Shown here one piece after another: positions 50,101 to 59,128 of a stretch of DNA of 64,000 bases. The position numbers and the translations under genes are program-made. Every line of letters starts with the position of its first letter. The first letter of the stretch is position 1. Source of the stretch: Candidatus Minusculum obligatum (GTDB lineage: Bacteria; Patescibacteriota; Minisyncoccia; Phycocordibacterales; Phycocordibacteraceae); contig CP174360.1 in assembly GCA_045401155.1 (NCBI GenBank), forward strand, positions 159,035 through 223,034, read 5' to 3'. Below the pieces are notes generated by a model, which saw nothing but the letters and a program-made list of their open reading frames with translations, was not told the DNA's origin and ran no database searches.

Positions 50101-50791
50101 TAATTGGTACGCTGAGATGTTGATGGACGGAGATGCTGGAAAGATCACGAAAAAACAAAGTGAATATTTGGATGAAATATATAAAGGCAATCAGCGAATG
50201 ATTGATTTGGTAAATGCATTGCTAAATGTTTCTCGCATTGAGTTAGGTACATTTTCTGTAGAGCCAGAGGAAATGAATGTAAATGACATTGTAAATGACG
50301 TACTAAAAGAAATAAAAACTTCAGTTGATGAGCGTGACATTCATCTCTCAGTCGGCACAAAGAAGCTTGCAACCATGGTTGCTGACCCGCAACTTGTTCG
50401 CATGGTGGTAACTAACCTGCTTACAAATGCGGTGAAGTACACCCCTGAGGGCGGTGAAGTTACGGTGCGCACAGACATGGTGTCTTCTGGAGAAGAGGTG
50501 CACGGCAAAAAGGCTAAAGAAGAATCAGTGCTTCTTTCTGTTTCAGATACGGGATATGGAATTCCAGAGAATCAAAAAAAAGAAATATTTAAAAAACTCT
50601 TCCGTGCAGATAATGTACAGCGCCGAGACACAAAGGGTACGGGTCTGGGACTATATATTGCAAAGTCAATTGTAGACTTAGCGCAAGGAGAGATTTGGTT
50701 TGATTCTGTAGAAGATAAAGGAACAACATTCTATGTATTGCTTCCTATACACGGCATGGAAAAGAAAGAGGGAAGTAAGCGTATTTCCTAA
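47114..50791 (+). CDS. Sensor histidine kinase: DUF3068/PorA-like domain, multi-TM region, CHASE, PAS, HisKA, HATPase
   Basis: WVEPVSG (DUF3068-like); YPGIQGVGY, YLEP...N.RAFGYDMFSE (CHASE); SHQLRTP H-box; NAVKYT, DTGYGI and GTGLGL boxes. Confidence 0.92.
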   Translation: MKFRFLTSATVPIWYKTALVAIPIFIFLWSVFLTPFLTALPKDFSYEADISSVDNFYDETIGEYLGEEYSVTTFSYNAERSLSGVLDITHTFNVRTQAGEPIFSVERMYGIDRFTQEHVSGFGDADRYGYLFAPKFLDESKEFTYWHINYDAPAQMEFVAVEKILGLEVLRYHSSYEGEWIDQTENLAYLPGVPEERGVVVEPELTIWVEPVSGHLVKYEDETIAYYYDQETKEKIVPWNRFSNTLTEQSVRTHVASAQDAKTKNLFYVWYVPLLLGLLWAGLIVFGKTVISEFVQKYIHSKVIIPIAGGFLMLSAGVVLVDWALQLGAVFQIFSSGAGMNPLTALTFFIIGLALVFLSQKKMKIVFVLTGGVIFIPILNVLSLTNTIPIDVDLILFRDAIESAGVLSRMSWFTTINFIFLGISGLALQDFPRRIKQFFSFLPFGTLAAALLAIVGYIAKDLALLELIVFSGVGLNTAILFIVVSIVALYIYGFRISRTSGLLFSVFFTTLFISTIMYSYVVSISAQKLDVLFSVETAAVQDTIRDRLSIYANTLAGGVGLFNASNAVSREEWRAYVEAISVQENYPGIQGVGYAVVVEDEQALIEEVRNEGFPEFSVYPESDEELRTSIIYLEPFDFRNQRAFGYDMFSEQNRRLAMQRARDSGLPKISDKITLLQETESDVQAGFLMYLPVYKKGDTPIDSIDSRRAGIEGFVYAPFRMNDFMGGMQNTFDNELAFRMFSGTEADIDQLLYAQNGSAFTGVGGDEGVYSTVFYAAGQPWLIQFKQLPFFGEGVRDTILPPFIAAVGIIVSLLATLILYALLSSRERALAYAERITQNLKLSKDQLLEAKTQTEALLGSIGEGVVAVSMTGEIMFVNDYVENFFGRKGEEFKGQKLFDVVDVADENGKEVPLESWSVYRAIKTKKRVVETRHMVRLDGGEFKPVSITTSPIIVNDKPVGAVAVFRDITQERAIDRAKSEFVSLASHQLRTPLSAINWYAEMLMDGDAGKITKKQSEYLDEIYKGNQRMIDLVNALLNVSRIELGTFSVEPEEMNVNDIVNDVLKEIKTSVDERDIHLSVGTKKLATMVADPQLVRMVVTNLLTNAVKYTPEGGEVTVRTDMVSSGEEVHGKKAKEESVLLSVSDTGYGIPENQKKEIFKKLFRADNVQRRDTKGTGLGLYIAKSIVDLAQGEIWFDSVEDKGTTFYVLLPIHGMEKKEGSKRIS

Positions 50792-50807
50792 GGTATAGTG
50801 TAGATAT

Positions 50808-51188
50808 ATGAAGAAAACAATACTTGTTGTAGAAGATGAATTTCCACTTCTGGATGCTATTACGGAAATGCTTGAAAAGAAGGGGTACGCTGTTGCTTCA
50901 GCACGAAGCGCCAAAGAGGTATTTGAGCTTCTAGAAGATCTCCCAGGACTTGCAGCAGTATGGCTTGATCACTACATTCTAGGAAGAGAGAATGGGCTTG
51001 ATATTGTTGCACGGATGAAGCAAGAGCCTAGTTGGAAAAACATTCCAATATTTGTAGTCTCAAATACTGCCACAGACGATAAGGTTACTTCGTATATACA
51101 GCTTGGTGTAGAGAAGTTTTATGTAAAATCAGAGGCAAAGATTCACGATATTATTGAAGAAATTCACACAGTGATTAACTCAGCGTAG
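50808..51188 (+). CDS. Single-domain response regulator
   Basis: ILVVEDE, WLDH phospho-acceptor, VVSN and YVK motifs. Confidence 0.9.
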   Translation: MKKTILVVEDEFPLLDAITEMLEKKGYAVASARSAKEVFELLEDLPGLAAVWLDHYILGRENGLDIVARMKQEPSWKNIPIFVVSNTATDDKVTSYIQLGVEKFYVKSEAKIHDIIEEIHTVINSA

Positions 51189-51190
51189 CT

Positions 51191-51553
51191 ATGAAAATTC
51201 TTATTGTAGAAGACGAGACACCACTTTTAGAAGCACTTTCTACAAAGTTGTCTGGTGCGGGGCATGATATATGTATCGCAAAAGATGGTGTAGAGGGAGT
51301 TACGACAGCGTTTTCAGAGCGTCCAGATATTGTATTGCTCGACATTAAGATGCCAAGAAAAGATGGACTTCAAATGCTTAAAGAGCTTCGAGAAGGTGAG
51401 TGGGGTAAGGAGGTAAGAGTGATTGTTCTTACCAACTTAAACGATCCAGAGCATATTGCAGACATGCTTGAGGCAGGAGCAAATGAGTATTTGGTGAAGA
51501 CAGAGTGGAAATTAAATGAGCTGTTGGATCATCTTGTAGAGAAGGTTTCTTAA
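51191..51553 (+). CDS. Single-domain response regulator
   Basis: ILIVEDE, LLDIKMPRKDG, LTN and YLVK motifs. Confidence 0.93.
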   Translation: MKILIVEDETPLLEALSTKLSGAGHDICIAKDGVEGVTTAFSERPDIVLLDIKMPRKDGLQMLKELREGEWGKEVRVIVLTNLNDPEHIADMLEAGANEYLVKTEWKLNELLDHLVEKVS

Positions 51554-51597
51554 CAGGGCGCAACAAGAGCGTCTCTTTTTAAAGCTATACTAGACAT

Positions 51598-51966
51598 ATG
51601 GATGCAAAGAAAAAAATTCTGATCGCAGAAGATGAGAAACCTTTGGCAGAAGCACTTTCTACAAAGTTGTCTAATGCGGGGTATGAGGTAGATGTTGCAG
51701 GAGATGGAAGTGTTGCATGTGAGCGCATGAACAATGGTGCATATGATATGGCTATAGTAGATCTTGTAATGCCTGAGAAAGATGGATTTGCAGTACTCGA
51801 AGAAATGAAAGAAAAAGGGATTACAACACCAATTATTGTTGTATCAAACTTAGCACAAGAGGTAGATAAGGAGCGTGCCCTGGCGCTTGGCGCAGAGGCT
51901 TATTTTGTAAAATCAAACACGCCACTTTCTCAGCTTGTTGAGGAGGTAAAAAAGCGTGTTTCCTAA
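51598..51966 (+). CDS. Single-domain response regulator
   Basis: ILIAEDE, VDLVMPEKDG, VSN and YFVK motifs. Confidence 0.93.
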   Translation: MDAKKKILIAEDEKPLAEALSTKLSNAGYEVDVAGDGSVACERMNNGAYDMAIVDLVMPEKDGFAVLEEMKEKGITTPIIVVSNLAQEVDKERALALGAEAYFVKSNTPLSQLVEEVKKRVS

Positions 51967-51972
51967 CACCAC

Positions 51973-53622
51973 ATGAAAGGAGCACCGCAGTACTCTCTAG
52001 AAGAGGCGCAAAGTATTTTTGTTAATGGAGGGTATGTGTCTCCAGAGAATTTTGCATTGGTAGAAAAAGAGGCGGATGTGGTGGGCGCATTAGTGCGTAA
52101 AAATATTTTAACTCCTGACCTCGTGGGACAAGCAATTGCTGAACATGCAGCTGTAAATTACGCAGACATTAATTCAAATGGTGTCGCGCACGGTTGGCAT
52201 GAGAAAATTTCTGAAGAAGATGCACGCGTATATCGTTTTGTAATTTTTTCTGTAGCGCCGAAAAAGCGTCATGTTATTGCCGCAACTGATACATTAAAAA
52301 ACCGCACAGAAATTGTTACGTCTGTAAAGAAGGGATATCCAGGGCATACCATTGAGGTTGCATATGGACTTACTTCAGATATTGATAATGCATTTAAGGT
52401 GTATCAAAAGCCATTGCAAAGTCGTTTAAAAGAGATTCTTTCTCAAGAGTCTAAGCGTGTATCAACGAGTCTTGATGAAATTTTAAAGGAGGCGCTTGAT
52501 CGCAATGTGTCAGATATTCATTTTGAGCCTCGAAAGGAGAAGGTCTCTATTCGTTTTCGTATTGACGGTGTGCTTTCTATAGTCGGAGAGGTTTCAGACG
52601 AGTACTACAAGAGTATGGTCAACCGTATTAAGATCTTGGCGGGGCTTCGTATTGACGAGCATACTAAAACACAAGATGGATCAATTCGTACAGCAGACGC
52701 GGCGGGAGATCCGGTTGACCTTCGTGTATCTGTGGCACCAACTATTTCAGGAGAAAAAGTGGTGATTCGTGTGCTTTCTAAGTACACCGAGCGCAGTTAT
52801 CTTGAAGATCTTGGTTTTACTGAGAAGCAGGCTGCTGTAATTATGGCTGCTGCAGAGAATCCGCTTGGATTTATTGTGGTATCAGGCCCCACTGGGTCAG
52901 GTAAGACAACAACGCTTCATACACTACTTTCCGCAATTGCATCTCCAGAGATAAATATTACGACAATTGAGGATCCGGTTGAGTATCGCCTTAAGGATGC
53001 GAATCAGATTCAGGTAAATGAAGCGCAAGGCATAACTTTTGCAAAAGGGCTTCGCTCTATTGTGCGTCAGGACCCAGATGTGATTTTGGTAGGAGAGGTT
53101 CGGGATATTGAGACTGCAGAAATTAGTATTAATGCAGCACTTACCGGACACCGTGTGTTTACCACATTCCACGCAAGTAGTGCGTCTATTACGATTCCAC
53201 GACTTCTTGATATGGGTGTAGAGGAATTTCTTCTAAGCTCTACGCTTTCTGTGGTGGTGGGACAGCGACTAGTGCGTAAGCTTTGTTCTGAGTGTCGCTT
53301 TAGTTACCAGGTGCCGCTTAAAGATATTCCGATTGAAAAGCCGAATAGATTCTTTTTTGCAAAACAAACACTCTATGATGCAAAAGGGTGTGCGGCATGT
53401 GGTGGTACGGGGTATCGAGGGCGTATTGCAGTTGCTGAAGTATTGCAAGTTTCAGATGGACTTCGGAATTTAATATTACAAAAAGCAGATGCAGGTGCGC
53501 TTGAGAGCCAAGCTATACAAGATGGTATGGATACCATGTTCATTTCAGGTATTGAGAAGGTGAAGAGAGGAGAAACATCTCTTGCTGAGCTTCTGCGTGT
53601 GGTAACGCCTCCAGATGCGTAG
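51973..53622 (+). CDS. pilB: Type IV pilus/T2SS assembly ATPase (PilB/GspE family)
   Basis: SDIHFEP, RFRIDG, GPTGSGKTTTL, TIEDPVEY, RQDPDVILVGE motifs and two CxxC motifs. Confidence 0.9.
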   Translation: MKGAPQYSLEEAQSIFVNGGYVSPENFALVEKEADVVGALVRKNILTPDLVGQAIAEHAAVNYADINSNGVAHGWHEKISEEDARVYRFVIFSVAPKKRHVIAATDTLKNRTEIVTSVKKGYPGHTIEVAYGLTSDIDNAFKVYQKPLQSRLKEILSQESKRVSTSLDEILKEALDRNVSDIHFEPRKEKVSIRFRIDGVLSIVGEVSDEYYKSMVNRIKILAGLRIDEHTKTQDGSIRTADAAGDPVDLRVSVAPTISGEKVVIRVLSKYTERSYLEDLGFTEKQAAVIMAAAENPLGFIVVSGPTGSGKTTTLHTLLSAIASPEINITTIEDPVEYRLKDANQIQVNEAQGITFAKGLRSIVRQDPDVILVGEVRDIETAEISINAALTGHRVFTTFHASSASITIPRLLDMGVEEFLLSSTLSVVVGQRLVRKLCSECRFSYQVPLKDIPIEKPNRFFFAKQTLYDAKGCAACGGTGYRGRIAVAEVLQVSDGLRNLILQKADAGALESQAIQDGMDTMFISGIEKVKRGETSLAELLRVVTPPDA

Positions 53623-54721
53623 TATGAAAAAAGCTTCTTCAGAGAAAAAGAGAATTATTGCGAGTCTTAAAAATGCTGGCCTACAAGATGCGGTGTACTT
53701 ATTTTTTGATGAGCTTACAGCACTCATGCGTGCAGGAATTACAGTTACAAGAGCTGTGGGAAGCATTAAAGAATCTACACCTTCAAGGCGACTGCGTAAG
53801 ATTCTTGGGAGAGTGGAACAGTCACTTATTGAGGGAGCAACATTATCTGAAGCGCTTTCAGCTGAGTACATCATTAATCCACGTATCAAGACGCTGCTTG
53901 ATGTAGGAGAGCGTTCAGGAAATTTAATTGCAAATCTTGAAGCCATTACACTTCAAAATGAAAAGGAGGTGCTCTTTCGTGGGGCGGTACGATCTTCTCT
54001 GTTGTATGTGGTGATTGTAATGACCGTGTCTCTTGGAGTTGGTATTGCAACCCCATGGATCATTTTGCCGCAGCTAACGGCATTCTTTAGCACCTTTGAT
54101 GCAGATCTTCCTGGCATTACATTATTCTTGATTGGTACCGGGCAATTCTTCACAGATTATGGAGTGTTTGTATTTCCGGCACTCGCAGTGTTTCTTATTC
54201 TTATTTTGTACTTTCTTTTCTCATTCCCAAAGACACGATTTATTGGGCACTCAGTTCTTTTCCATCTACCACTTTCGCACCGCCTGATTAAGGAGGCAGA
54301 GATTGCACGCTTTAGTTATCTGCTTGGTACGCAGCTTCGTGCGGGCATTTCGATTATGGATGCACTTGAGGTGATGCCATCTACAACAACATATGCAAAC
54401 TACAGAAGATTTTATATGACGGTATTAGATCGGGTGAAGGAAGGGTATTCGTTTTCAGAGGCGGTGCTATATGCGGATCCAAAGAAAAAGTTATTGAGCA
54501 GTAGCGTGGTACAGCTTGTCTCAGCAGGGGAGCAATCAGGATCTCTTTCAGATATGTTGCTGAAGGTTGGGGAGACATATGAGAATCGTGTGCAGCAAAC
54601 TGCTAAGAGTATTCCAACATTGCTTGAGCCAATTATGTTGGTGCTTGTGGGGGCGATTGTGGCAGTGATTGCGCTCGGGGTCGTGCTGCCGGTTTACAAT
54701 CTTTCAGAAATTATAAAGTAG
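53615..54721 (+). CDS. pilC: Type IV pilus/T2SS platform protein (PilC/GspF family)
   Basis: Two GExSGxL repeats, LLEP motif, 3 TM segments. Confidence 0.9.
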   Translation: MRSMKKASSEKKRIIASLKNAGLQDAVYLFFDELTALMRAGITVTRAVGSIKESTPSRRLRKILGRVEQSLIEGATLSEALSAEYIINPRIKTLLDVGERSGNLIANLEAITLQNEKEVLFRGAVRSSLLYVVIVMTVSLGVGIATPWIILPQLTAFFSTFDADLPGITLFLIGTGQFFTDYGVFVFPALAVFLILILYFLFSFPKTRFIGHSVLFHLPLSHRLIKEAEIARFSYLLGTQLRAGISIMDALEVMPSTTTYANYRRFYMTVLDRVKEGYSFSEAVLYADPKKKLLSSSVVQLVSAGEQSGSLSDMLLKVGETYENRVQQTAKSIPTLLEPIMLVLVGAIVAVIALGVVLPVYNLSEIIK

Positions 54722-54722
54722 T

Positions 54723-55499
54723 ATGCGCGGGTTCTTGCTCATAGAAGGAGTCATTGCTGCTGCACTGACACTTTTAATTAGTGCTGCGATTGCAGGGGTG
54801 TATGTGAGCACAAGTAAGGTGCATGAGGAGGAGATTGTAGATGCGGCACTTCTATCTTCTGCAGAAGCCGGTCTCTCTATTGCACGCAGTATTAGAGACT
54901 TAGATTCAGAGAATTTTCCTATAGGCACATTTGGTGTTGCGAGTACTACAGGGTCGTGGAGCTTTTCAGGAAGTTCTGATGTGAGTAATGGTATTAGTCG
55001 CAGTGTGGTGGTGAGCAGTGTAGATGAAAATACGTTCAAGGTTATTTCAACTGCTAGTAGTGGAAGCAGGAGTAAGAGTTTGAGTACATATTTTTCACGT
55101 TGGCGTGAGGAGGTTGTAAGTGAGGGCACGCTTGTGCTTGATGTAAGTGCTGCGTCTGTTGGTGGTTCAAAAAATGCAGTGCTTTCAGGTATTACGATTG
55201 AAAATACAGGAGGTGCAGAGGTTGAGATTGATACGGCAGTTATTACGTGGACGGGGAATCGTCGTGTAAGTTCAGTTACGATTGATGGGGTAGATTTCTG
55301 GACTGCAGGGGGAGTGGGTTCTCCAAATGGAAATCAAACAAGCGGTACTGTACTTGATGGCACAGATATTGCGATAGCTGCGGGAGATACCGTGCCAATG
55401 GCCGTCACCTTTAATAATAAAGTAAGCGGAGAGACGTTTAGTGTCACACTTAATTTAGTTGGTGGAGGAAGTGTTAGTTCAGGAAGTTTTACACCATGA
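54723..55499 (+). CDS. Minor pilin/pseudopilin with C-terminal beta domain
   Basis: Class III signal MRG-FLLIE plus hydrophobic helix. Confidence 0.85.
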   Translation: MRGFLLIEGVIAAALTLLISAAIAGVYVSTSKVHEEEIVDAALLSSAEAGLSIARSIRDLDSENFPIGTFGVASTTGSWSFSGSSDVSNGISRSVVVSSVDENTFKVISTASSGSRSKSLSTYFSRWREEVVSEGTLVLDVSAASVGGSKNAVLSGITIENTGGAEVEIDTAVITWTGNRRVSSVTIDGVDFWTAGGVGSPNGNQTSGTVLDGTDIAIAAGDTVPMAVTFNNKVSGETFSVTLNLVGGGSVSSGSFTP

Positions 55500-55927
55500 G
55501 TAGAGGATTCACATTAATTGAACTTATTGTTTACATTGCACTGATGAGCATTGTCTTTGGCGCACTTGCGAGTTTAGTGGTGTCAGGGAATCGTGGGGTT
55601 ACAGGTCGTGAGCAGGTAGATGATGTGTACGTAGCGCAGGCTCGTATTATGAAGAGTATTAGAGATGACGTAGATGATAGTTCTAGTGTGAGTGCTCCAG
55701 GAGGTAATTTGCAGCTTGCTACAAGTGGTGGGTCTGTCACGTACACGGTTGCAGGAGGAGAGTTTCGCAGAGGTGCAGATGTGATCTCACCTCCAAGTGT
55801 TGTGGTGTCTGATTTTTCTGCGGAGGTATTTAATAGCAAGGGAGTGTCTGTATCGATGAGGCTTACGCACGTAGATGATAGTGAGGAGGTTCTATATATA
55901 GAGAATGCATTTGTATTGTATGAATAA
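55496..55927 (+). CDS. Minor pilin (PilW/GspJ-like)
   Basis: MSRG-FTLIEL prepilin motif. Confidence 0.88.
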   Translation: MSRGFTLIELIVYIALMSIVFGALASLVVSGNRGVTGREQVDDVYVAQARIMKSIRDDVDDSSSVSAPGGNLQLATSGGSVTYTVAGGEFRRGADVISPPSVVVSDFSAEVFNSKGVSVSMRLTHVDDSEEVLYIENAFVLYE

Positions 55928-56279
55928 AGGATTTACCACAACCTTCATATTAGTTATCGTCATGGCATTTACGTTAGCGGGAGTGCTCGCGGTTGCGACG
56001 CGTACAGTCTCAGTACTTAAGTACGATCGGGTTGTAAGTACTAGAGCTCAGGCGGTATTCTCAGCGCATGCTTGTGCTGAGGCGGGATTGCTTTCGGTTA
56101 GAGATGGCGGAAGTACATCAGGGAGCATAAGTGATGGTGCTATTTCTTGTTCATATAATGTAAGCGGTACTACAGTTGCCGCTACAGGGGCTGCAGGCGG
56201 TGTTTCAAAAAGCGTAAGTGTTTCTTTTGTCGAAGGGAATCCGCTCAGCGTAAGCTCATTTACAGGTCTTAAGTGGTAG
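55920..56279 (+). CDS. Minor pilin (PilX/GspK-like, no Glu5)
   Basis: MNKG-FTTTF, QAVFSA..CAEAGL motif. Confidence 0.75.
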   Translation: MNKGFTTTFILVIVMAFTLAGVLAVATRTVSVLKYDRVVSTRAQAVFSAHACAEAGLLSVRDGGSTSGSISDGAISCSYNVSGTTVAATGAAGGVSKSVSVSFVEGNPLSVSSFTGLKW

Positions 56280-56289
56280 AATTATACAT

Positions 56290-56358
56290 ATGCGAACACT
56301 CATGATTCTTCTCATTATTGTTGCGTTTGCGGCGGCGGTGTATTTGTTGCTGTACTAG
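56290..56358 (+). CDS. 22-aa hydrophobic micro-protein (MRTLMILLIIVAFAAAVYLLLY)
   Basis: TAGAAT -10-like element 7 nt before ATG; single TM helix. Confidence 0.4.
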   Translation: MRTLMILLIIVAFAAAVYLLLY

Positions 56359-56391
56359 AGTAATTTTTATTTTTCTATACACTTGGGGTAT

Positions 56392-57672
56392 ATGGATGGT
56401 TTTAAGAAAGTATATTTTGTTGGTATTGGAGGAGCCGGCATGTCTGCGCTTGCGGGACTTCTTTCGCAAAAGGGTGTTTTAGTATTTGGATCAGATAGGG
56501 AGAAGGGAAAGAATACAGATCTTCTAGAAGAGAAAGGAGTTACGGTGTTTGAAGGACATGATGCAGATAATGTCCCAGAGGATATTGATCTGTTGGTGTA
56601 TTCAGATGCGGTCCCAGAGGATAATGTGGAGCGTGTAAAAGCACGGGAGCTTGGGGTTACAGAGCTTTCGTACTTTGGTGCACTGGGTGAAGTTTCAAAA
56701 GAATATAAAACCATTGCAATTGCAGGTACGCATGGGAAGACTACAACAACCGCCATGCTTGCAGGCATGCTCTCTCACATAGATCCAACGGTAATTGTTG
56801 GAAGCATCATGAAAGAGACGGGCACAAATGTTGTTCTTGGGAAGAGTGCATATTTGTTAGTTGAGGCATGCGAGTACAATGATCATTTCCTAAACCTTTC
56901 TCCCACAGTATTGGCAATTACAAATATTGAGTTAGATCACACGGATTATTTTAAAGACATTGAACAGCTACTTGGTTCATATAAAAAACTTATCGCAAAG
57001 CTTCCGAAAGATGGCGCGCTTATTTTAAATACGGGAGGTGTATACGAGCAGAAGCTTATAAAAGATGCTCCATGTGAGGTGATTGATTATAAGGATATTG
57101 AAGTGCCAGAGCTCCTTGTTCCGGGTGCGTTTAATAAAGAAAATGCAAAAGTTGCACTTGCAACAGCAGATACACTAGATAAAAATCACGCACTACATGC
57201 ACAGAAGCTTTCTGAATTTACAGGTACCTGGCGTCGCTTTGAGTTTAAGGGAAAGACTCATAGTGGTGCGCTTGTGTATGATGATTACGCGCACCATCCA
57301 ACCGCAATAGAAAAGACGATTGTCGCTGCAAAAGAATCATATCCAGGGAAGAAGATTGTGGTGTTTTTCCACCCGCATCTGTACTCGCGTACGCGTGATT
57401 TCATGAAGGGATTTGCGCAAAGTCTTTCATTTGCAGATGAGGCCTTTATTGCACCAATCTTTCCAGCACGTGAAGAATTTGATGACGTTACAACAAATGC
57501 AAAGCTTGTAGAGGAAATTAAAAAAGCAGGAGGAAGTGCATCTGTTTTGGAAGGAAAAGAAATGCTGCAAAGTGTTATTGAAGAATTTGATGCAGATACG
57601 CTTATCTTTACGATGGGGGCGGGAGATATGTATACATGGATTCCTTCATATATATCCACGAATTTTGGGTAG
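56392..57672 (+). CDS. murC: UDP-N-acetylmuramate--L-alanine ligase
   Basis: GIGGAGMS, AGTHGKTTTT, VEACEY, DDYAHHP and PHLYSRT motifs. Confidence 0.96.
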   Translation: MDGFKKVYFVGIGGAGMSALAGLLSQKGVLVFGSDREKGKNTDLLEEKGVTVFEGHDADNVPEDIDLLVYSDAVPEDNVERVKARELGVTELSYFGALGEVSKEYKTIAIAGTHGKTTTTAMLAGMLSHIDPTVIVGSIMKETGTNVVLGKSAYLLVEACEYNDHFLNLSPTVLAITNIELDHTDYFKDIEQLLGSYKKLIAKLPKDGALILNTGGVYEQKLIKDAPCEVIDYKDIEVPELLVPGAFNKENAKVALATADTLDKNHALHAQKLSEFTGTWRRFEFKGKTHSGALVYDDYAHHPTAIEKTIVAAKESYPGKKIVVFFHPHLYSRTRDFMKGFAQSLSFADEAFIAPIFPAREEFDDVTTNAKLVEEIKKAGGSASVLEGKEMLQSVIEEFDADTLIFTMGAGDMYTWIPSYISTNFG

Positions 57673-57710
57673 AGAGTAAAAATAGCGCTTATAAGCAAGG
57701 TACACTGTAG

Positions 57711-58229
57711 GTGATGAGAGAACTACAGCTTCTTGCAGTTGCTACATTCTTTGCCCTTATTGTTGGAGGAGGCCTATTTCTTTTGGTAAGTGGTGGTCTT
57801 TCAGATATTGGGTCTACATATAGGCCACAGTTTAAGACGGTTGCAAGTAGTGTTTCAGGTCCAACTGATGTGCTTACGTCTCGTAAGAACTATGTGTTTC
57901 GAGAGCAAGAAGACTTTGTTGCATTTTGGGAGCTTATATATGGAAATGATCCTGCTGCAACACGTCCTCCGGTTATTGCATTTGCACGGGATCATGCGAT
58001 TGCGGTTGTGGCGGGGGTTAAAAATACGGGAGGGTATGAAATTTATGTGCGTGATGTTATTGAAACTCCAGAAGAGCGTATTGTGGAGGTTGTTATGCGT
58101 TCTCCAGGAGAAGGGTGTCAGGTGACTGAAGCATTTACAAACCCATTCCAAATTATTTCAGTAAAGAAGACCGACAAGCCGCTTCGGGCAGTTGAGATTA
58201 AAGAGGAGTATAGTTGCGGAGTTCAGTAG
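57711..58229 (+). CDS. Membrane-anchored PrcB C-terminal domain protein
   Basis: G.KNTGGY.I.V, PG.GC.VT.AFT.PF motif. Confidence 0.75.
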   Translation: MMRELQLLAVATFFALIVGGGLFLLVSGGLSDIGSTYRPQFKTVASSVSGPTDVLTSRKNYVFREQEDFVAFWELIYGNDPAATRPPVIAFARDHAIAVVAGVKNTGGYEIYVRDVIETPEERIVEVVMRSPGEGCQVTEAFTNPFQIISVKKTDKPLRAVEIKEEYSCGVQ

Positions 58230-58248
58230 TTTTCTATAGGTTGTAAGT

Positions 58249-58923
58249 ATGGGAACGCTCTATGTTATTGCTACCCCAATTGGGAACCTGCACGATATAA
58301 GCGCACGGGCTATTTCTGTACTTAAAGAGGTGTATGTCATTGCCGCAGAGGATACACGGGTGAGTAAGAGGTTGCTTATGGAGTATGGGGTTAGTACACC
58401 GATGATCTCATACCATGCGCAAAGTAAAGACAGCGCACGAGATGGTATTGTGAAGCGCCTTGCAGAAGGAAATGATGTGGCGCTTATTACAGATGCCGGG
58501 ACTCCTGGCATTTCAGATCCTGGTACTGAGCTTGTACGCTTTGCACGGGATGCAGGTTTTTCAGTAGTTACGGTTCCAGGGCCGTCTGCATTAACTGCAG
58601 CACTTTCAATTGCCGGCATTCCTACAAATCAATTTACGTTCTTGGGATTCTTGCCGCACAAGAAGGGAAGAGAAACATTGTTTAAAGAGATTAGTGAGAG
58701 TGATCGGACTATGGTGTTTTATGAGTCTCCGCACAGGATTATGAAAACACTTCTTCGATTGTCTGAATTGCTCGGAGAAGATAAAAGAATTTCTATATTT
58801 CGAGAGCTTACAAAGATACATGAGGAGGTAGTCGAGGGTTCAGCTGCCGAAGTACTTCAGTATTTTGTAGAGAATGAAGAGCATATCCGAGGGGAATTTG
58901 TTGTCGCCGTTTCAAGCAAATAG
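58249..58923 (+). CDS. rsmI: 16S rRNA (cytidine1402-2'-O)-methyltransferase
   Basis: LYVIATPIGNL, AAEDTR, DAGTPGISDPG, YESPHR and RELTK.HEE motifs. Confidence 0.96.
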   Translation: MGTLYVIATPIGNLHDISARAISVLKEVYVIAAEDTRVSKRLLMEYGVSTPMISYHAQSKDSARDGIVKRLAEGNDVALITDAGTPGISDPGTELVRFARDAGFSVVTVPGPSALTAALSIAGIPTNQFTFLGFLPHKKGRETLFKEISESDRTMVFYESPHRIMKTLLRLSELLGEDKRISIFRELTKIHEEVVEGSAAEVLQYFVENEEHIRGEFVVAVSSK

Positions 58924-58936
58924 TATAGTAGGGGTA

Positions 58937-59128
58937 ATGTATAGAACACTTCTTATTATTCTAATTGTCGCAATTATTCTGGTACCGTTTTCGGGTATTC
59001 CAGGGGGTGCGGAAGATATTTTGATGCAGGTACTTGCCGCTGTAGTACTTGCGCTTGTATTGCTCTTGCCTAAAAAAATGCAAAAGCAGGAGAAGGAAGT
59101 TGTAGCTGAAGAGACATATGGTGCGTAG
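58937..59128 (+). CDS. Small 2-TM membrane protein
   Basis: MYRTLLII...PFSGIP hairpin; TATAGT upstream of ATG 58937. Confidence 0.6.
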   Translation: MYRTLLIILIVAIILVPFSGIPGGAEDILMQVLAAVVLALVLLLPKKMQKQEKEVVAEETYGA

